Below, piece by piece: positions 1 through 12,705 of a stretch of 64,000 bases of DNA. The stretch comes from Octopus sinensis (lineage: Eukaryota), in contig NC_043022.1 in the NCBI RefSeq assembly GCF_006345805.1, forward strand, positions 25,480,737-25,544,736. The letters are read 5' to 3'. A program made the translations under genes and the position numbers. The notes under the pieces were generated by a model, which was not told the DNA's origin, ran no database searches, and saw only the letters and a list, made by a program, of their open reading frames with translations. Numbering within the stretch: the stretch's first letter is position 1; the number at the start of each line of letters is the position of its first letter.

Positions 1-119
1 ATAAATATAACAAAAACAAATTTTGAAGGAAATAGCCATTTTTCATACATTTTAAGGGTAAGCAAATAAGAAATAAGTTGCTATCCAAGGACAAAGATCG
101 CGTTACACCGTGTAATAAA

Positions 120-198
120 TACAATATCTATGAAACAATAACAACAAAACGGAGCAGTGTCTCGCATGCTTCGGGTAATACCGGCGTCAAGGGGTTAA
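120..198. mobile_element. Possible right end of a TTAA-type (piggyBac-like) non-autonomous element
   Basis: Ends ...gcgtcaaGGGG|TTAA (reverse complement TTAA-CCCC). No matching left end in the window. Confidence 0.2.
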
Positions 199-489
199 GG
201 AGTTATGGCCGAAGGCGAAGTGTGTCATGTAGATCGTGATCTACTAAAGTTGGATAAATGTTATGAAGGTCACACTTGGAACACTATGATTCTATATTAT
301 TCAGGAACTTTGAGAATCGTGGAATGAAACGATGAAGGTCAAAGCGGGGGTTTATCTCATGCTTGCAACCCATAGAACTCCTCTAAAGTTACCTGCCAAA
401 CCAGGTGGTGGTGTAAAACCAGATGATGTGTTAAGTCACTAATCGAAGAATGATTGATCTAAGACTAAAAATCAATATCACAAACGAAT

Positions 490-715
490 GCGAGTCTATG
501 TACTTTACTTGAGCAACTAGAAATAGCAACCAAACCTCTTAAACCAGCTATATTGTCATATAAAATACGAACAACACATTACACAGTTCAGTTCAATGTA
601 CACAATGTTGGCTCAACCACATAGTTTCTAAGAGATCGCTCAATTTGCTGGAAATAGGAGCCAAATCGCCCTCAACATTGTGAATTAAATGATATATAAT
701 AAAAAGATAAAATGA
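490..715 (+). repeat. Old interspersed repeat fragment (family F)
   Basis: Motif (g)ctagaaatagcaaccaaa / ctggaaataggagccaaat occurs twice here and recurs near 30055-30150, 50636-50655 and inverted near 54600-54645. Confidence 0.45.
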
Positions 716-755
716 TTTCTACCTAAAAACCTTTTTTAGAGATAGGATAGTTACC

Positions 756-892
756 TATTTCTTTACTACCCACAAGGGGCTAAACACAGAGAGGACAAAC
801 AAGGACAGACAAAGGTATTAAGTCGATTATATCGACCCCAGTGCGTAACTGGTACTTAATTAATCGACCCCGAAAGGATGAAAGGCAAAGTC
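756..892 (-). mobile_element. 5'-truncated SINE A with 15-bp TSD
   Basis: Reverse complement of the SINE A core and tail, flanked by identical gataggatagttacc at 741-755 and 893-907. Confidence 0.9.
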
Positions 893-958
893 GATAGGAT
901 AGTTACCACTTCAATATCATCTATATGTCTGCTCAGCGATGAGTTAGACGGCAAGAAC

Positions 959-1016
959 AGCAACAATAATATACAATACTACTACTACTACTACTACTAC
1001 TACTGCTGCTACTACC

Positions 1017-1069
<53 letters not shown>

Positions 1070-1127
1070 CACTACTACCACCACCACCACCACTACTGCT
1101 ACTACTACTACTGCTACCACCACCACC

Positions 1128-1168
<41 letters not shown>

Positions 1169-1184
1169 CACCACCACCACCACC

Positions 1185-1219
<35 letters not shown>

Positions 1220-1220
1220 G
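959..1220. repeat. Compound (TAC)n/(CAC)n microsatellite
   Basis: Direct reading; explains the polyY/H, polyS/G and polyV ORFs. Confidence 0.95.
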
Positions 1221-1343
1221 TTCTAAAACCACTTCATTCCTCCACTCAACTTGGACACAAAGATACGTCTGAATTGTAATGACAATGGATTCGCCCCAGT
1301 TAAACACTGCGCATTGCTATGTCGACCGTCGAGAATAAATACA

Positions 1344-1548
1344 CCGGATGAAATGCTTGGCGGTATTTCGTCTGTCGTTACGTTGTGAGTTCAAATTCCG
1401 CCGAGGTTGACTTTGCCTTTCATCATTTCGGGGTCGATAAATTAAGTACCAGTTACGCACTGGGATCGATGTAATCGACTTAATACCTATGTCTGTCCTT
1501 GTTTGTCCCCTCTATGTTTAGTCCCTTCTGGGTAGTAAAGAAATAGGT
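1344..1548 (+). mobile_element. SINE A, near full length
   Basis: gaaatgcttggcggtatttcgtctg...gagttcaaattcc (B-box-like)...cctttcatc.tttcggggtcgataaattaagtaccag...taaagaaataggt. Confidence 0.9.
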
Positions 1549-1726
1549 ACAGTAATACTGAGCAAGTCCATCTTCCTGGATTTGGCTGCTGCTAGTGTGG
1601 AACCCTCCAGACGTACCAGCCAACAAAGCAAGGTTTCTGTACTTGACATATCTGGAACGCTTTAATCATAAAACTGCTTCAACATGAATGACTTGTTGCT
1701 AAACAACAAAATACGGCATTAACGTC

Positions 1727-1728
1727 GT

Positions 1729-1764
<36 letters not shown>

Positions 1765-2220
1765 CAGAAATAGCAGTGGCAGCTATGGTGGTGGTGGTGG
1801 TGGTGGTGGTGGTGGTATTAGTAAGAGTAGTAGTAGGTGTAGTAGTATTCAATGTAGAAAAGATTAATGAATAAGTAGAAGACAAGAGATTGAGAGTAAG
1901 AAACGGAAGTGACGATAACGATGCCAAGAGTAAAAATGACAAAGCGAAAGCGAAACTGAAAGCGAAATTGACAAGTAAAAACTTAAACAGAATTTGGCAA
2001 AAAAGAAACAGCAAAAGGCACAAGAGCATATTTCATTATCACCAACATCATCAACACCATCACCATCATTGCCATCATCATCATCGCCAACACCATTGCC
2101 GTCCTTGCCATCATTATCATCATCATCATCATCAATATCGTTGAGAAGAGTATCAACAGCCAAATCACCAACCACAAACTACAACTAGAATAACAAGAAC
2201 TGCAACAACAACAACTATCA
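1727..2220. repeat. (AAT)n, (GGT)n and degenerate CAT/CAA low-complexity tract
   Basis: Direct reading. Confidence 0.85.
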
Positions 2221-2304
2221 TGGCCAGAGTGTATATTTGACTCCACTAGTCACAAATCATAAAACTCAATATTTATTTTTCTTATTACACACACAACCCC
2301 CCAC

Positions 2305-2511
2305 ACAAGTGTATGTGTGTATGTATATATATATGTGTCTGTATATGTGTGTGTGAGTATATATATGAGAGTGTATATATATGTGCGTGAGAATATATGT
2401 ATATATATATGTGAGAGTATATATATATATGAGAGAGTATATATGTGTGTGTGTGTGTGAGTATATATGTACATGTGTGTGTGTATGAGAGTATATATAT
2501 GCGCGTGAGAG

Positions 2512-2543
<32 letters not shown>

Positions 2544-2835
2544 CGTATATATATATGTGTGTGTGTATGAGAGTATATATATAATACATATTATATATAT
2601 ATATATATGCGTGTGAGAGTGTATATATAGTGTGTGTATGAGTATATATATATGTGTGTGTCTGTGTGTGTGTATGAGTATATATATATATATGTGTGTG
2701 TGTCTGTGTGTGAGTATATATATATATTATATTATATATATATATATATGTGTGTTGTGTGTGGTGTGTGGTAGATATGTACATGTGTGTGTGTGTGTGG
2801 GTGTGAGTATATATGTACATGTGTGTGTTTGTGCA
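2305..2835. repeat. Compound (TA)/(TG)/GAG microsatellite
   Basis: Direct reading. Confidence 0.95.
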
Positions 2836-3195
2836 TGTTACAATTAGTTACTGTCTCCGTATTTTATAATTATTTGATATACATACATACAGGCACACGC
2901 GAACACAAGCATATGTATTGTTTTCCGTTTTTGCTATTCTATTTTCTTTCTGCCTGGCGCCATTTGCGTTATGTCTTCTGACCGAACTATTTTATTGCTA
3001 TCATAGCTAACACTAACCATTTACCACAGGGACTGATTCCCCGCCGCCCCATCACCGACACCACCGCTATCATTATCAAACTTACTAATAACTCTCATAT
3101 TATCATCTACTAACCAGCAGGAGTATCGCCATTAACTGTAGCACCAGTAAAACCACGAGAATTTCTATCATCAAAACCATCTCCTCAGCCTGTGT

Positions 3196-3504
3196 GGAGG
3201 CACATGGCCTAGTGGTTATAGCAGCGAACTCGTGGTCGAGGGATCACGGGTTCGAATCTCAGACCGGTCGATGTGTGTGTTTATGAGGGAAACACCTAAG
3301 CTCCACGTGGCTCCGGCAGAAAGTAATGGCGAAACTTCTGCTGACTCTTTCGCCACAACTTTCTCTCACTCTTTCCTCCTGCATCTTGCAGCTCACCTGC
3401 GACGGACCGGCGTCCCGTCCAGGTGGGGAACCTATACGCCAAGAAACCGGGAAACCGGCCCCTTATGAGCCAGGCATGGTCGAGAAGGAACAAACAACAA
3501 ACAA
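3196..3504 (+). mobile_element. tRNA-derived SINE C, tail type 1, full length
   Basis: A box tggcctagtgg, B box gttcgaatc, CAA-rich tail; imperfect TSD aaaccatctcctcagcc (3174-3190) / aaacaatctcctcaacc (about 3499-3515). Confidence 0.85.
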
Positions 3505-3579
3505 TCTCCTCAACCACAGATGTTAACGCTACTATTGACGCTACCCCTGCCATATTCACTACTTAACATCAATATGGCG

Positions 3580-3738
3580 CTGGCATAACTATGTTGTAAG
3601 GAGCTTGCTTCACAACAATATGGGCCCCGGTTCAGTCATATCGGTCTAATGCGTGTTGTATTCCATAGCCTCAGGCCCACCAGACTGGAGTGGATCTGGT
3701 AGACAGGAACTGAAAGAAGCCTGTCGTATATATATATA
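3580..3738 (+). mobile_element. Degenerate 5' half of SINE B
   Basis: atagcctcaggcccacc...ggtagacaggaactgaaagaagcctgtcgtatata matches the B copies. Confidence 0.7.
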
Positions 3739-3740
3739 TG

Positions 3741-4050
3741 TTACCGTGATCACTGTGACCGACCAGGCTATCAGATGTTGCTACACATCGCTGGTCACAA
3801 TGCGCTTTACATTGTTTTAGCCTATAAATGACGCCACCCCGCTGGCTAAGCGAGCAGGCCAACAGAAGAAAGAGTGAGAGAAAGCTGTGGCGAAAGAGTA
3901 TAGCAGGGATCGCCACCACCCCCTGCCGGAACCTCGTGGAGCTTTAGGTGTTTTCGCTCAATAAACACACACAAGGCCCGGTCTGGGAATCGAAACCGCG
4001 ATCCTCCGACCGCGAGTCTGCTGCCCTATCCACTGGTCCATTGCGCCTCC
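3741..4050 (-). mobile_element. tRNA-derived SINE C, tail type 2, inserted in the SINE B microsatellite
   Basis: Same head as 42360-42744; tail shared with 50141-50430. Confidence 0.85.
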
Positions 4051-4151
4051 GTCTTGTGTGTGTGTGTATATATGTGTGTGTGTGTGTGTGGAAAGAAACT
4101 TGCTTCCCAACTACATGGTTCCGGGTCTAGTTCCATTGCGTGGCACCTTGG

Positions 4152-4227
4152 GCAGAACGTAGCGGCAGACGAAATACTGCTAAGCATTTCGTCCGTTGTG
4201 CTAACGGTTCTGCCAGCTCGCCGCCTT
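4152..4227 (-). mobile_element. SINE A/A2 head fragment
   Basis: Reverse complement of ggcggcgagctggcagaa.cgttagcac...gaaatgcttagc. Confidence 0.75.
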
Positions 4228-4649
4228 TGTTGATTGAAGATATTCTTTTTACCGGGTGTGTGTACTATTTGTCAGGTCAGAACAAGGATTTCAGACAGAC
4301 ACTACTTTACGAAATATACATGCAGTTCCAAGTAATGCCGACTTTTGCAATACATCTACACTGTAGGGTAGTTCTAAAGTTTTCAGATGTTTTTTTTTTC
4401 TTTTTCACTTAGGGTAGTATTGAACCCAATGCTCCGATGACAATAGGAATAACCTTTATATTCGACTCTTAGCGATCTCAGTTCCCAAGTCTCCATATTT
4501 ATCAACCTTTTCTCTTTCTTTCATGATGATATGTTGATCTCCTGGCACTGCCACGTTAATTATTAGGCACTCTTGTTTGTCCCTTTTAAAGGTTTCTATA
4601 TCCTGCCTTCGTTATTGTTGTTATTGTTGTTATTATCATTATTATTATT

Positions 4650-5125
4650 ATTGAGTGAGAGAGCAGTTCATGCCATCAAAGTGATACTGGGGTAAAATAT
4701 ACGAAACTCAATAAGGGTACACCAGGCACATGCATCACAACCATATGTGCGCGTCATGGCGATCTCATATCAAGAAAAACAGCACATGACCTTACAGGTG
4801 GGGCACAGTTAGAATTTTCTTCTGGTCGAGTAACCTATCCCGCTCAAAAGGTCTCTGAATAAGGGTTGTTTAAGGATGTTGAACGAACCACCCATGTTTC
4901 CAAAGGTGAATTATCAAAACCTCTAAGAATTCCTTTCAACACACGGCTATGATGCTCCCCCACTATTTCTGCTCGTGATCAGAGATACACATATCGTCAG
5001 CCACTAAGAGACATGCTCAACTGGTTATGGTCAAACAACTGACGAGCAAATCTGTGGTATTGAGCAGAATATTTGCTGTAGCCCATCATTTATACCAAGA
5101 CAAAACAATGTACATGTTAACACTT
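4650..5125 (-). mobile_element. Unclassified retroposon-like repeat (family E) with (AAT)n tail
   Basis: Ends ctctctcactcaataataat on the minus strand; the same end recurs at about 37313-37385. Confidence 0.55.
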
Positions 5126-5146
5126 GGTTTTTGTTTTGTGTGTTGT

Positions 5147-5183
5147 TATTATTACTACTACTACTACTACTACTACTACTACA

Positions 5184-5267
<84 letters not shown>
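5147..5267. repeat. (TAC)n microsatellite
   Basis: Direct reading. Confidence 0.97.
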
Positions 5268-5268
<1 letters not shown>

Positions 5269-5269
5269 T

Positions 5270-5410
5270 ATTTTACATCCTTTCGGGGTCGATAAACCAA
5301 GTACCTGTTGAGTACTGGGGTCGATGTAATCGTCTATCCCCCTCCCCCAAATTTCAGGCCTTGTGCCTATAATAGAAAGGATTATTGTTGTTATTATTAT
5401 TATTATTATT
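5270..5410 (+). mobile_element. SINE A2 3' half (core plus alternative tail, (ATT)n end)
   Basis: catcctttcggggtcgataaa...cccctcccccaaatttcaggccttgtgcctataatagaaaggattatt. Confidence 0.8.
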
Positions 5411-5612
5411 AGTAGTAGTAGTAGGAGGAGGAGGGGGAGGAGATTGGCAAGGGGTACTGATAGCGTTAATTAGGATGAAGATGGTGGAGTCGACGATGGG
5501 GGGGGGGCGAAATTATTTTATGACTTTTCAAAATTTAATGAATTAATAAGAAATAGTAGCAGCATCAACAACAACAACAACAACAACAATAATAATAATA
5601 ATAATAATAATA

Positions 5613-5647
<35 letters not shown>

Positions 5648-6049
5648 AATAATGATAATAATAATAAGGCAAACGAAAATCAGATGTTAGCGAAAGAGGG
5701 GAAAAATGAACAACAATCCGAATGCTGCCAAACCATTGGACAGAGATTGAGTGTTTGGCACGGAACCAATCTTGGAATTTATCGTTTATTTCTGTATTCT
5801 TGTTCAAGTCTTCGAAAGAACAAAAAAAAAAAGATGGTAAAAAAAAAAAATTATAAAGAATTCTTCCAATAAATGAAGAGGTTGGCACCATAGAGAGTCT
5901 ATTAAAAACTTGATAGTAGCAACTAGATATTGGATGGAGAGTTTTAGGCAGAGGAGGAGGTGGGATGCGGAGAGGAAAGGAAAAATAGGGGTGGTGGTGG
6001 GGGAGAGCAGGTGGAGGTGGGTTGGAAACGTTATAGTTGGGGAGAAGGC

Positions 6050-6220
6050 ATATGTATACCCATATATACACCTATACACACATCTGTTAATGTATAAATA
6101 TAAACCTGTGTATGTATATATGTATGTGTGTATGTGTTTGTATGCATGTATGCAAGTATATTTTTCGTATATGTATATTTATATTCGTGTATGTATATAT
6201 GCACATTTTCATATATACGC

Positions 6221-6272
<52 letters not shown>

Positions 6273-6366
6273 GTGTGTGTGTGTATATATATACACACAC
6301 ACATACATTCGTTTATATATGTGTGAACATGCATATATTTTTCATATGTATATGTGTGAATATATA

Positions 6367-6402
<36 letters not shown>

Positions 6403-6547
6403 GTATGTATGTATGTATGTATGTATCTATCTATCTATCTCTTTCTATCTATCTCTATCTAGCTGTCTGTCTGTCTGTCTATGTATGTATGTATGTATGT
6501 ACGTATGTATGTATATGTATCTATCTATCTATCGATCTATCTATGTG

Positions 6548-6591
<44 letters not shown>

Positions 6592-6730
6592 GCCATCCAC
6601 CCATCCATCCATCCAGTCATACAGACACACTAATACATATTGTCTGTGTGTGAGAGCGTACACACTCACACACACACAGACACACACTCACAGACACACA
6701 CACACACACATATTTAGAGAGTAAGAGAGA
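6050..6730. repeat. Compound (TA)/(TG)/(TATG)/(TATC)/(CA) microsatellites
   Basis: Direct reading. Confidence 0.95.
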
Positions 6731-6854
6731 GAGAGGGGTGACGCGCGTGAGTGTATAAAAAAACAAAGTAAACCTAATTTCTTCTCCCTATATTTATTAT
6801 ACTTCATGTATTTTCATAAATTCATCGAACTCTCTCTCAACCCGCTCCTCTCAA

Positions 6855-6888
<34 letters not shown>

Positions 6889-7084
6889 ACCCTCTCATAC
6901 ACACAATCACACATACACATGTAGCGCAACAAGCCTCAACGAACCATGTATTAGTACACAAACAGAAAGACCTGTGTGTGTGTATGTGTGTTGGTATTGT
7001 GTTTTACTATGAAAATAGTCAATTGCTCAATAATAAATTGCTCTGCAGCATGTGTGTTTAAAAGTGTGTAGAGGTATCCATAAT

Positions 7085-7181
7085 GCGTGTACCTGTATAT
7101 ATATATAATTATATATATATATATATATATATAAAAAAGACACACGTATGTGTTTATATATATAATAAATAAAAGACACAC

Positions 7182-7223
<42 letters not shown>

Positions 7224-7495
7224 ATATATATAAATAAAAGATACACGTGTGTATATATATACATATATATATATAAAGTACACGTGTATATATATATATA
7301 TATAATTATATATACATATATAAGAAATATATAAAAGACACGTGTGTATATATTATAATATATATAATATATATGTACATATGCATATATATATATACAT
7401 ATATATGCATATGCATATATATGCATGCACATATATATGCATATTGCATATATATACATATACCAGTTTTCGTATATATTTGTTTATACATAAAT

Positions 7496-7530
<35 letters not shown>

Positions 7531-7766
7531 TACACACACACCACACACGCACACACACACACACACACACACAGAGAAATGTATGCATCTGAAATTCCGT
7601 ATCTTTACCAACGGATCCATCGAACGTCTTTACACATGTATCCGCGAGGAAATTTAATCCGAGCAAATGTTTGCGATCCTCAGTGGACGAAATATGAAAT
7701 GAATAGTTACTATTATACGTACATACATATACATGTTCATATATATATCTATTATATATATATATA

Positions 7767-7817
<51 letters not shown>

Positions 7818-7825
7818 TATACAGA

Positions 7826-7862
<37 letters not shown>

Positions 7863-7926
7863 GTCTATCTATATATCTCTTTATCTATCTATCTATCTAT
7901 TTATCTATCTCTTTAACTATTTATCC

Positions 7927-8004
<78 letters not shown>

Positions 8005-8039
8005 ATCTATCTATCTATCTATATCTATCTCTCTATCTA

Positions 8040-8112
<73 letters not shown>

Positions 8113-8115
8113 GTG
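7085..8115. repeat. (TA)n/(CA)n/(TATC)n tracts with a short unique island at about 7575-7710
   Basis: Direct reading; the unit taaaagacacacgtg recurs about five times at 7130-7350. Confidence 0.9.
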
Positions 8116-8269
8116 TGCGCATGTGTAATTAATGTGCAGTATTTCTCAGTCCACCGTTCCATTAACTTCCAGCTGAACCAAGACTACGTAACTTAATATC
8201 CAATCACTTTTTCTTTCAGTAATGCAGCGGTTTGGGACTTCAGTTTCCGAAATAATCTAACATTCATTT

Positions 8270-8560
8270 GAAAGCATGTAACTACTGCTGGTCCAGTTGA
8301 GTGAACGTTCCCCACAACAACGACTAGAAATCGATGGCGCTCTTTTTTCATCAACAAATACTCTGTCTGTCTCTGTCTCCCTCATGCCTGTCTTTCTGTA
8401 TCTCAATTTCATTGTACATTAAGTTCATTTCTTGATTGATTCTGCCATTCATCACCAGTTTCTCATCATATGCCTTAGTGAAAGAGGATTGGGCAGCGCC
8501 CATGTTCTTATAGGGAGTCTTCGGAAGCAGCTGGAAGAAGGGATTCTAGTTACCCTGAGA
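8270..8560 (+). repeat. Left copy of a diverged inverted duplication (partner 9315-9745)
   Basis: Shared blocks acaacaac.actagaaatcgatggcgctcttttttca.caacaaatact and catcatatgccttag.ga.aga..atgg.cagcgcccatgttcttatag.gagtctt. Confidence 0.85.
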
Positions 8561-8659
8561 CCAGATACATACTTACAATGCAACCAAAAGGTCTATACTT
8601 TCACAAAAGTCTCTTATGGGCCTGAATATAATGCTTTTCACAATAATTAAAAGGTAACA

Positions 8660-9245
8660 AACTGGCGGAATCGTTAGCATTCCGGGAAAAAATCCTTAGC
8701 GGTATTTTGTCCGTCGCTACGTTCTGAGTTCAAATTCCGCCCAGGTTGACTTTGCCTTTCATCCTTTTGGGGTCGATAAATTTAAGTACCATTTACGCAC
8801 ATAATACCTATGTCTGTCCTTGTTTGTCCCCTCTGAGGTTTAGCTCCTTGTAGGTAATAAAGAAATAGGTATTTCGTCTGTCGCAACGTGAATTCAAATT
8901 CCGTCGAGGTCGACTTTGCTTTTCATCCTTTCGGGGTCGATAAATTAAGTACCAGTTCCGCACTGGGGTCGACGTCATCGACTTAATACCTATGTCTGTC
9001 CTTGTTTGTCCCCTCTGAGGTTTAGCCCCTTGTGGGTAATAAAGAAATGGGTATTTCGTCTGTCGCAACGTTGTGAGTTCAAATTCCGCCGAGGTCGACT
9101 TTGCCTTTCATCCTTTCGGGGTCGATAAATTAAGTACCAGTTACGCACTGGGGTCGATATAATCGATGTAATCGACTTAATACCTATGTCTGTCCTTGTT
9201 TGTCCCCTCTGTGTTTAGCCCCTTGTGGGTAATAAAGAAATAGGT
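8660..9245 (+). mobile_element. Head-to-tail trimer of SINE A bodies inside an older A2 copy
   Basis: Three cores joined at aaagaaat(a/g)ggtatttcgtctgtcg (about 8868 and 9052); A2-type tail remnant at about 9275-9312. Confidence 0.9.
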
Positions 9246-9314
9246 AGTTTGTCCGCCTTTACGGACAAACTACTCACTTCCCCGAAATTGCTGGCCTTGT
9301 GGCAAAATTTAGAA

Positions 9315-9745
9315 TGTCTCCTCTTTCAAGGTAACTATAATCCCTGCTTCCAACGGCTTCCTAAGACTCACTATAAGAACATGGGCGCTGTCCATTCTTC
9401 TCTCGCTAAGGCATATGATGTAAAATGGTGATGAGAGGGCCGAAGCAATCAAAAACGAACAAGGCATTCCCATGTTCGAGAATATAAGGACACAGATCGT
9501 GTCGTATAGCCAGCTGGGGACGATGTCTCCTGGGGCTAAATTACAGCTGCATACGTCCTAAACCAGGACTGCCATGCTATGTTGGCAAACAGTCTTTACT
9601 ACAAAGTAGTGTTGTTGAATATCTCACGTTGTGAGATTTAGAAATAGCAATTTTCTAACAGTATTTGTTGTTGAAAAAAGAGCGCCATCGATTTCTAGTG
9701 GTTGTTGTCAGAAACATTCAGTAGTGACATCTGATTTCAAACCTC
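9315..9745 (-). repeat. Right copy of the diverged inverted duplication (partner 8270-8560)
   Basis: Reverse complement aligns with 8270-8560, with extra sequence at about 9460-9655. Confidence 0.85.
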
Positions 9746-9780
9746 AGTGTTTGAATGTTTTGCTTATATATATATGTGTG

Positions 9781-10240
9781 GCGTAGGAGTGGCTGTATGG
9801 TAAGTAGGACTGTATATTAGTAGGAGTGGCTGTGTGGTAAGTAGCTTGCTTACGAACCACATGGTTCCGGGTTCAGTCCCACTGTGTGGCACCTTGGGCA
9901 AGTGTCTTCTACTATAGCCTCGGGCCGACCAAAGCCTTGTGAGTGGATTTGGTAGACAGAAACTGAAAGAAGCCCGTCGTATATATGTATATATATATAT
10001 ATATGTGTGTGTGTGTGCGTATGTTTGTGTGTCTGTGTTTGTCCCCCCAACATCGCTTGACAACCGATGCTGGTGTGTTTACGTCCCCGTAACTTAGCGG
10101 TTCGGCAAAAGAGACCGATAGAATAAGTACTAGGCTTACAAAGAATAAGTGCTGGGGTCGATTTGCTCGACTAAATGCGGTGCTCCAGCATGGCCACAGT
10201 CAAAATGACTGAAACAAGTAAAAGAGTAAAGAGTAAAGAG
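9781..10240 (+). mobile_element. SINE B, full length, with duplicated 5' start
   Basis: gtaggagtggctgtgtggtaagtagcttgc...accttgggcaagtgtctt (CORE-like motif)...internal TA/TG tract...gaaacaagtaaaagagtaaagag tail. Confidence 0.9.
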
Positions 10241-10689
10241 AATGTGTGTGTGTGTGCGCGCGCACAAGTGCTATATATGTGTGACATATAGAGTTCAACC
10301 TATGGCTTTCTGCATATTTTTCATTTATTACAATTTTACTCTCACAGCAAGAGTTGACCCTAGTTTTATCTGAAGAAACGAAGAAACGTTACCCAGCGCG
10401 CACGTACGCGCAAACACATACATCAATGCACACTTTCACACATACATTCATAAATAAGATACCAACGACCAACACAGGGAAAACAACGCGTAGGATGTGA
10501 GTATTGTTCGTATAAATATTATCTAGCATATTCTCAATATTCGTACAGCAGTTGTTCTTTCAAGTTCCTGTAATATACTCTGTCCGTTAACATCATCTAA
10601 TTGAATAAACTTGTTTATACGACTTTGCACCCACTGTGTTGTGCAGAGTCAAATAATAGATCGTCTGACTATTTTTTTCTATATGATAA

Positions 10690-10691
10690 TA

Positions 10692-10722
<31 letters not shown>

Positions 10723-11240
10723 GCACACATATATACACATACCTATATGTACATATATATATATATATATAATATATATATATATAATATATATATATAT
10801 ATAATATATTATATATATATATATATATATAATATACATACATAAACTCACCATATACACACATAATATATACATACATAAACTCACCATATACACACAT
10901 ATATATATACACATAAACTCATCAGATACATATGTATATATATGCACACATATATACACATATTTATATGTACATATATATATATATATATATATACATA
11001 CATAAACTCACCATATACATATATATATATATATATAATATATATGCACATGTACATATGTATATATATGCACACATATATATACGTACATATTTATATG
11101 TACATATATATACACATAAACTCACCACACATACATATGTGTATATATATATATAATACTAATATGTACATAAATATAAATATACATATGTGCGTGTGTG
11201 TGTGTACATATATATATATATATGCATGTGTATGTAATGC

Positions 11241-11280
<40 letters not shown>
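10690..11280. repeat. TA-rich compound minisatellite containing cataaactcacca
   Basis: The motif recurs at about 10841, 10879, 10912, 11000 and 11115. Confidence 0.85.
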
Positions 11281-11283
<3 letters not shown>

Positions 11284-11619
11284 CTGTCTGTCTGCATGCT
11301 TATTCATCACTTTGTTCAACTACATCAAACTGATGAATATACAGAAAATTAAAACCACAGTCACGTTCAATTATTATCTCTATTAATTCTTTGTTTTATA
11401 TTTGTTTGGGTTTTTGATACCCCCACAACATATCGGCCCGTTCATCCGTGCCCAACCAAAAAATATGGAATGACCTAAGTGGAAAGTGTATTATGAGCAG
11501 TAAATCAAGATTATTAAAGGAAAAAAAAAAACACAAAACGGAAAAATATTCTCAAAGAAACATGTAAATAGAATTTATATTGGTTTTGTACGATAAACAT
11601 TCTCCATAGATGCAGACGT

Positions 11620-12425
11620 GTTTGTGTAGTAACAAGTTTGCTTTCAAACCTTATGGTTCAGCATCCAGTCCCACTGCGTGGCACTTTGAAACAAATGTCC
11701 TTTACTAAAGCCTCGGGCCGACCAAAACCTTGGTGAGTGGATTTGGTAGAACGGAAACTAAAAGTGGTGAGCTGGCAGAAACGTTGGCACGAAATGCTCG
11801 GGGGTATTTCGTCTGCCGTTACGTTCTGAGTTCAAATTCCGCCCAGGTTGACTTTGCCTTTCATCCTTTCGGGGTCGATAATTTAAGTACCAGTTACGCA
11901 ATGGGGTCGATGTAATTGACTTAACCTCTTTGTCTGTCCTTGTTTGTCCCCTCTATGTTCAGCCCCTTGTGGGCAATAAAGAAATAAGGAAACTAAAAGT
12001 GGTGAGCTGGCAGAAACGTTAGCACGAAATGCTTAGTGGTATTTCGTCTGCCGTTACGTTCTGAGTTCAAATTCCGCCGAGGTTGACTTTGCCTTTCATC
12101 CTTTCGGGGTCGATAATTTAAGTACCAGTTACGCACTGGGATCGATGTAATCGACTTAACCTCTTTGTCTGTCCTTATCTGTCCCCTCTATGTTTAGCCC
12201 CTTGTGGGCAATAAAGAAATAAGGAAACTAAAAGAAGCCTGTCGTATATGTGTGTGCGCACGCGTGTTTGTGTGTGCGTTCGTCCCCCACTACTGCTTGA
12301 TAACCGGTGTCACCGTAACATAGCGGTTCGGCAAAATAAATACCAGTCTTAAATAGAAAATAAGTACTGTGAGTTGCTTAGTTCGAATAAAATTCTTCAA
12401 GGTGGTGCCACAGCTTGGCCGCAGT
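11620..12425 (+). mobile_element. SINE B interrupted by two tandem SINE A copies
   Basis: B 5' half ends at ggaaactaaaag (11753-11764) and resumes after 12234 with aagcctgtcgtatatg. Confidence 0.85.
11765..12222 (+). mobile_element. Tandem pair of SINE A copies (235-bp period) with the TSD present three times
   Basis: ggaaactaaaag at 11753-11764, 11988-11999 and 12223-12234; both copies share the same head deletion (gcacgaaatg). Confidence 0.9.
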
Positions 12426-12472
12426 GTAATGATTGAAACAAAATAAAACATAAAAGGTATTTGATCAATAAA

Positions 12473-12705
12473 GGCGGCGAGCTGGCAGAAGCGTTAGCAC
12501 GCCGGGCGCAATGCTAAGCGGTATTTCGTCTGCGTTACGTTTTGAGTTCAAATTCCACCGAGGTCGACTTTACCTTTCATCCTTTCGGGGTCGATAAATT
12601 AAGTACCAGTTACACACTGGACTCGATGTAATCGACTTAATACCTATGTCTGTCCTTGTTTGTCCCCTCTGTGTTTAGCCCCTTGTGGGTAATAAAGAAA
12701 TAGGT
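12473..12705 (+). mobile_element. Full-length SINE A with 18-bp TSD
   Basis: aggtatttgatcaataaa at 12455-12472 and 12702-12719. Confidence 0.92.

Noticed and set aside
878-1307. PolyY/H, polyS/G and polyV ORFs, and the many YI/HT/CV/LS-rich ORFs throughout the window
   Set aside because: Products of di-, tri- and tetranucleotide microsatellites, with no splice or domain support.
4950-5010. CTGACGA on the minus strand of repeat E as a hammerhead core
   Set aside because: No properly placed GAAA or closing stems.
5755-5771. Near-consensus NFI site ttggcacggaaccaa
   Set aside because: A single imperfect motif is expected by chance in 64 kb.
7130-7350. Cluster of CACGTG E-boxes
   Set aside because: They arise from a short TA-embedded repeat unit; no evidence of function.
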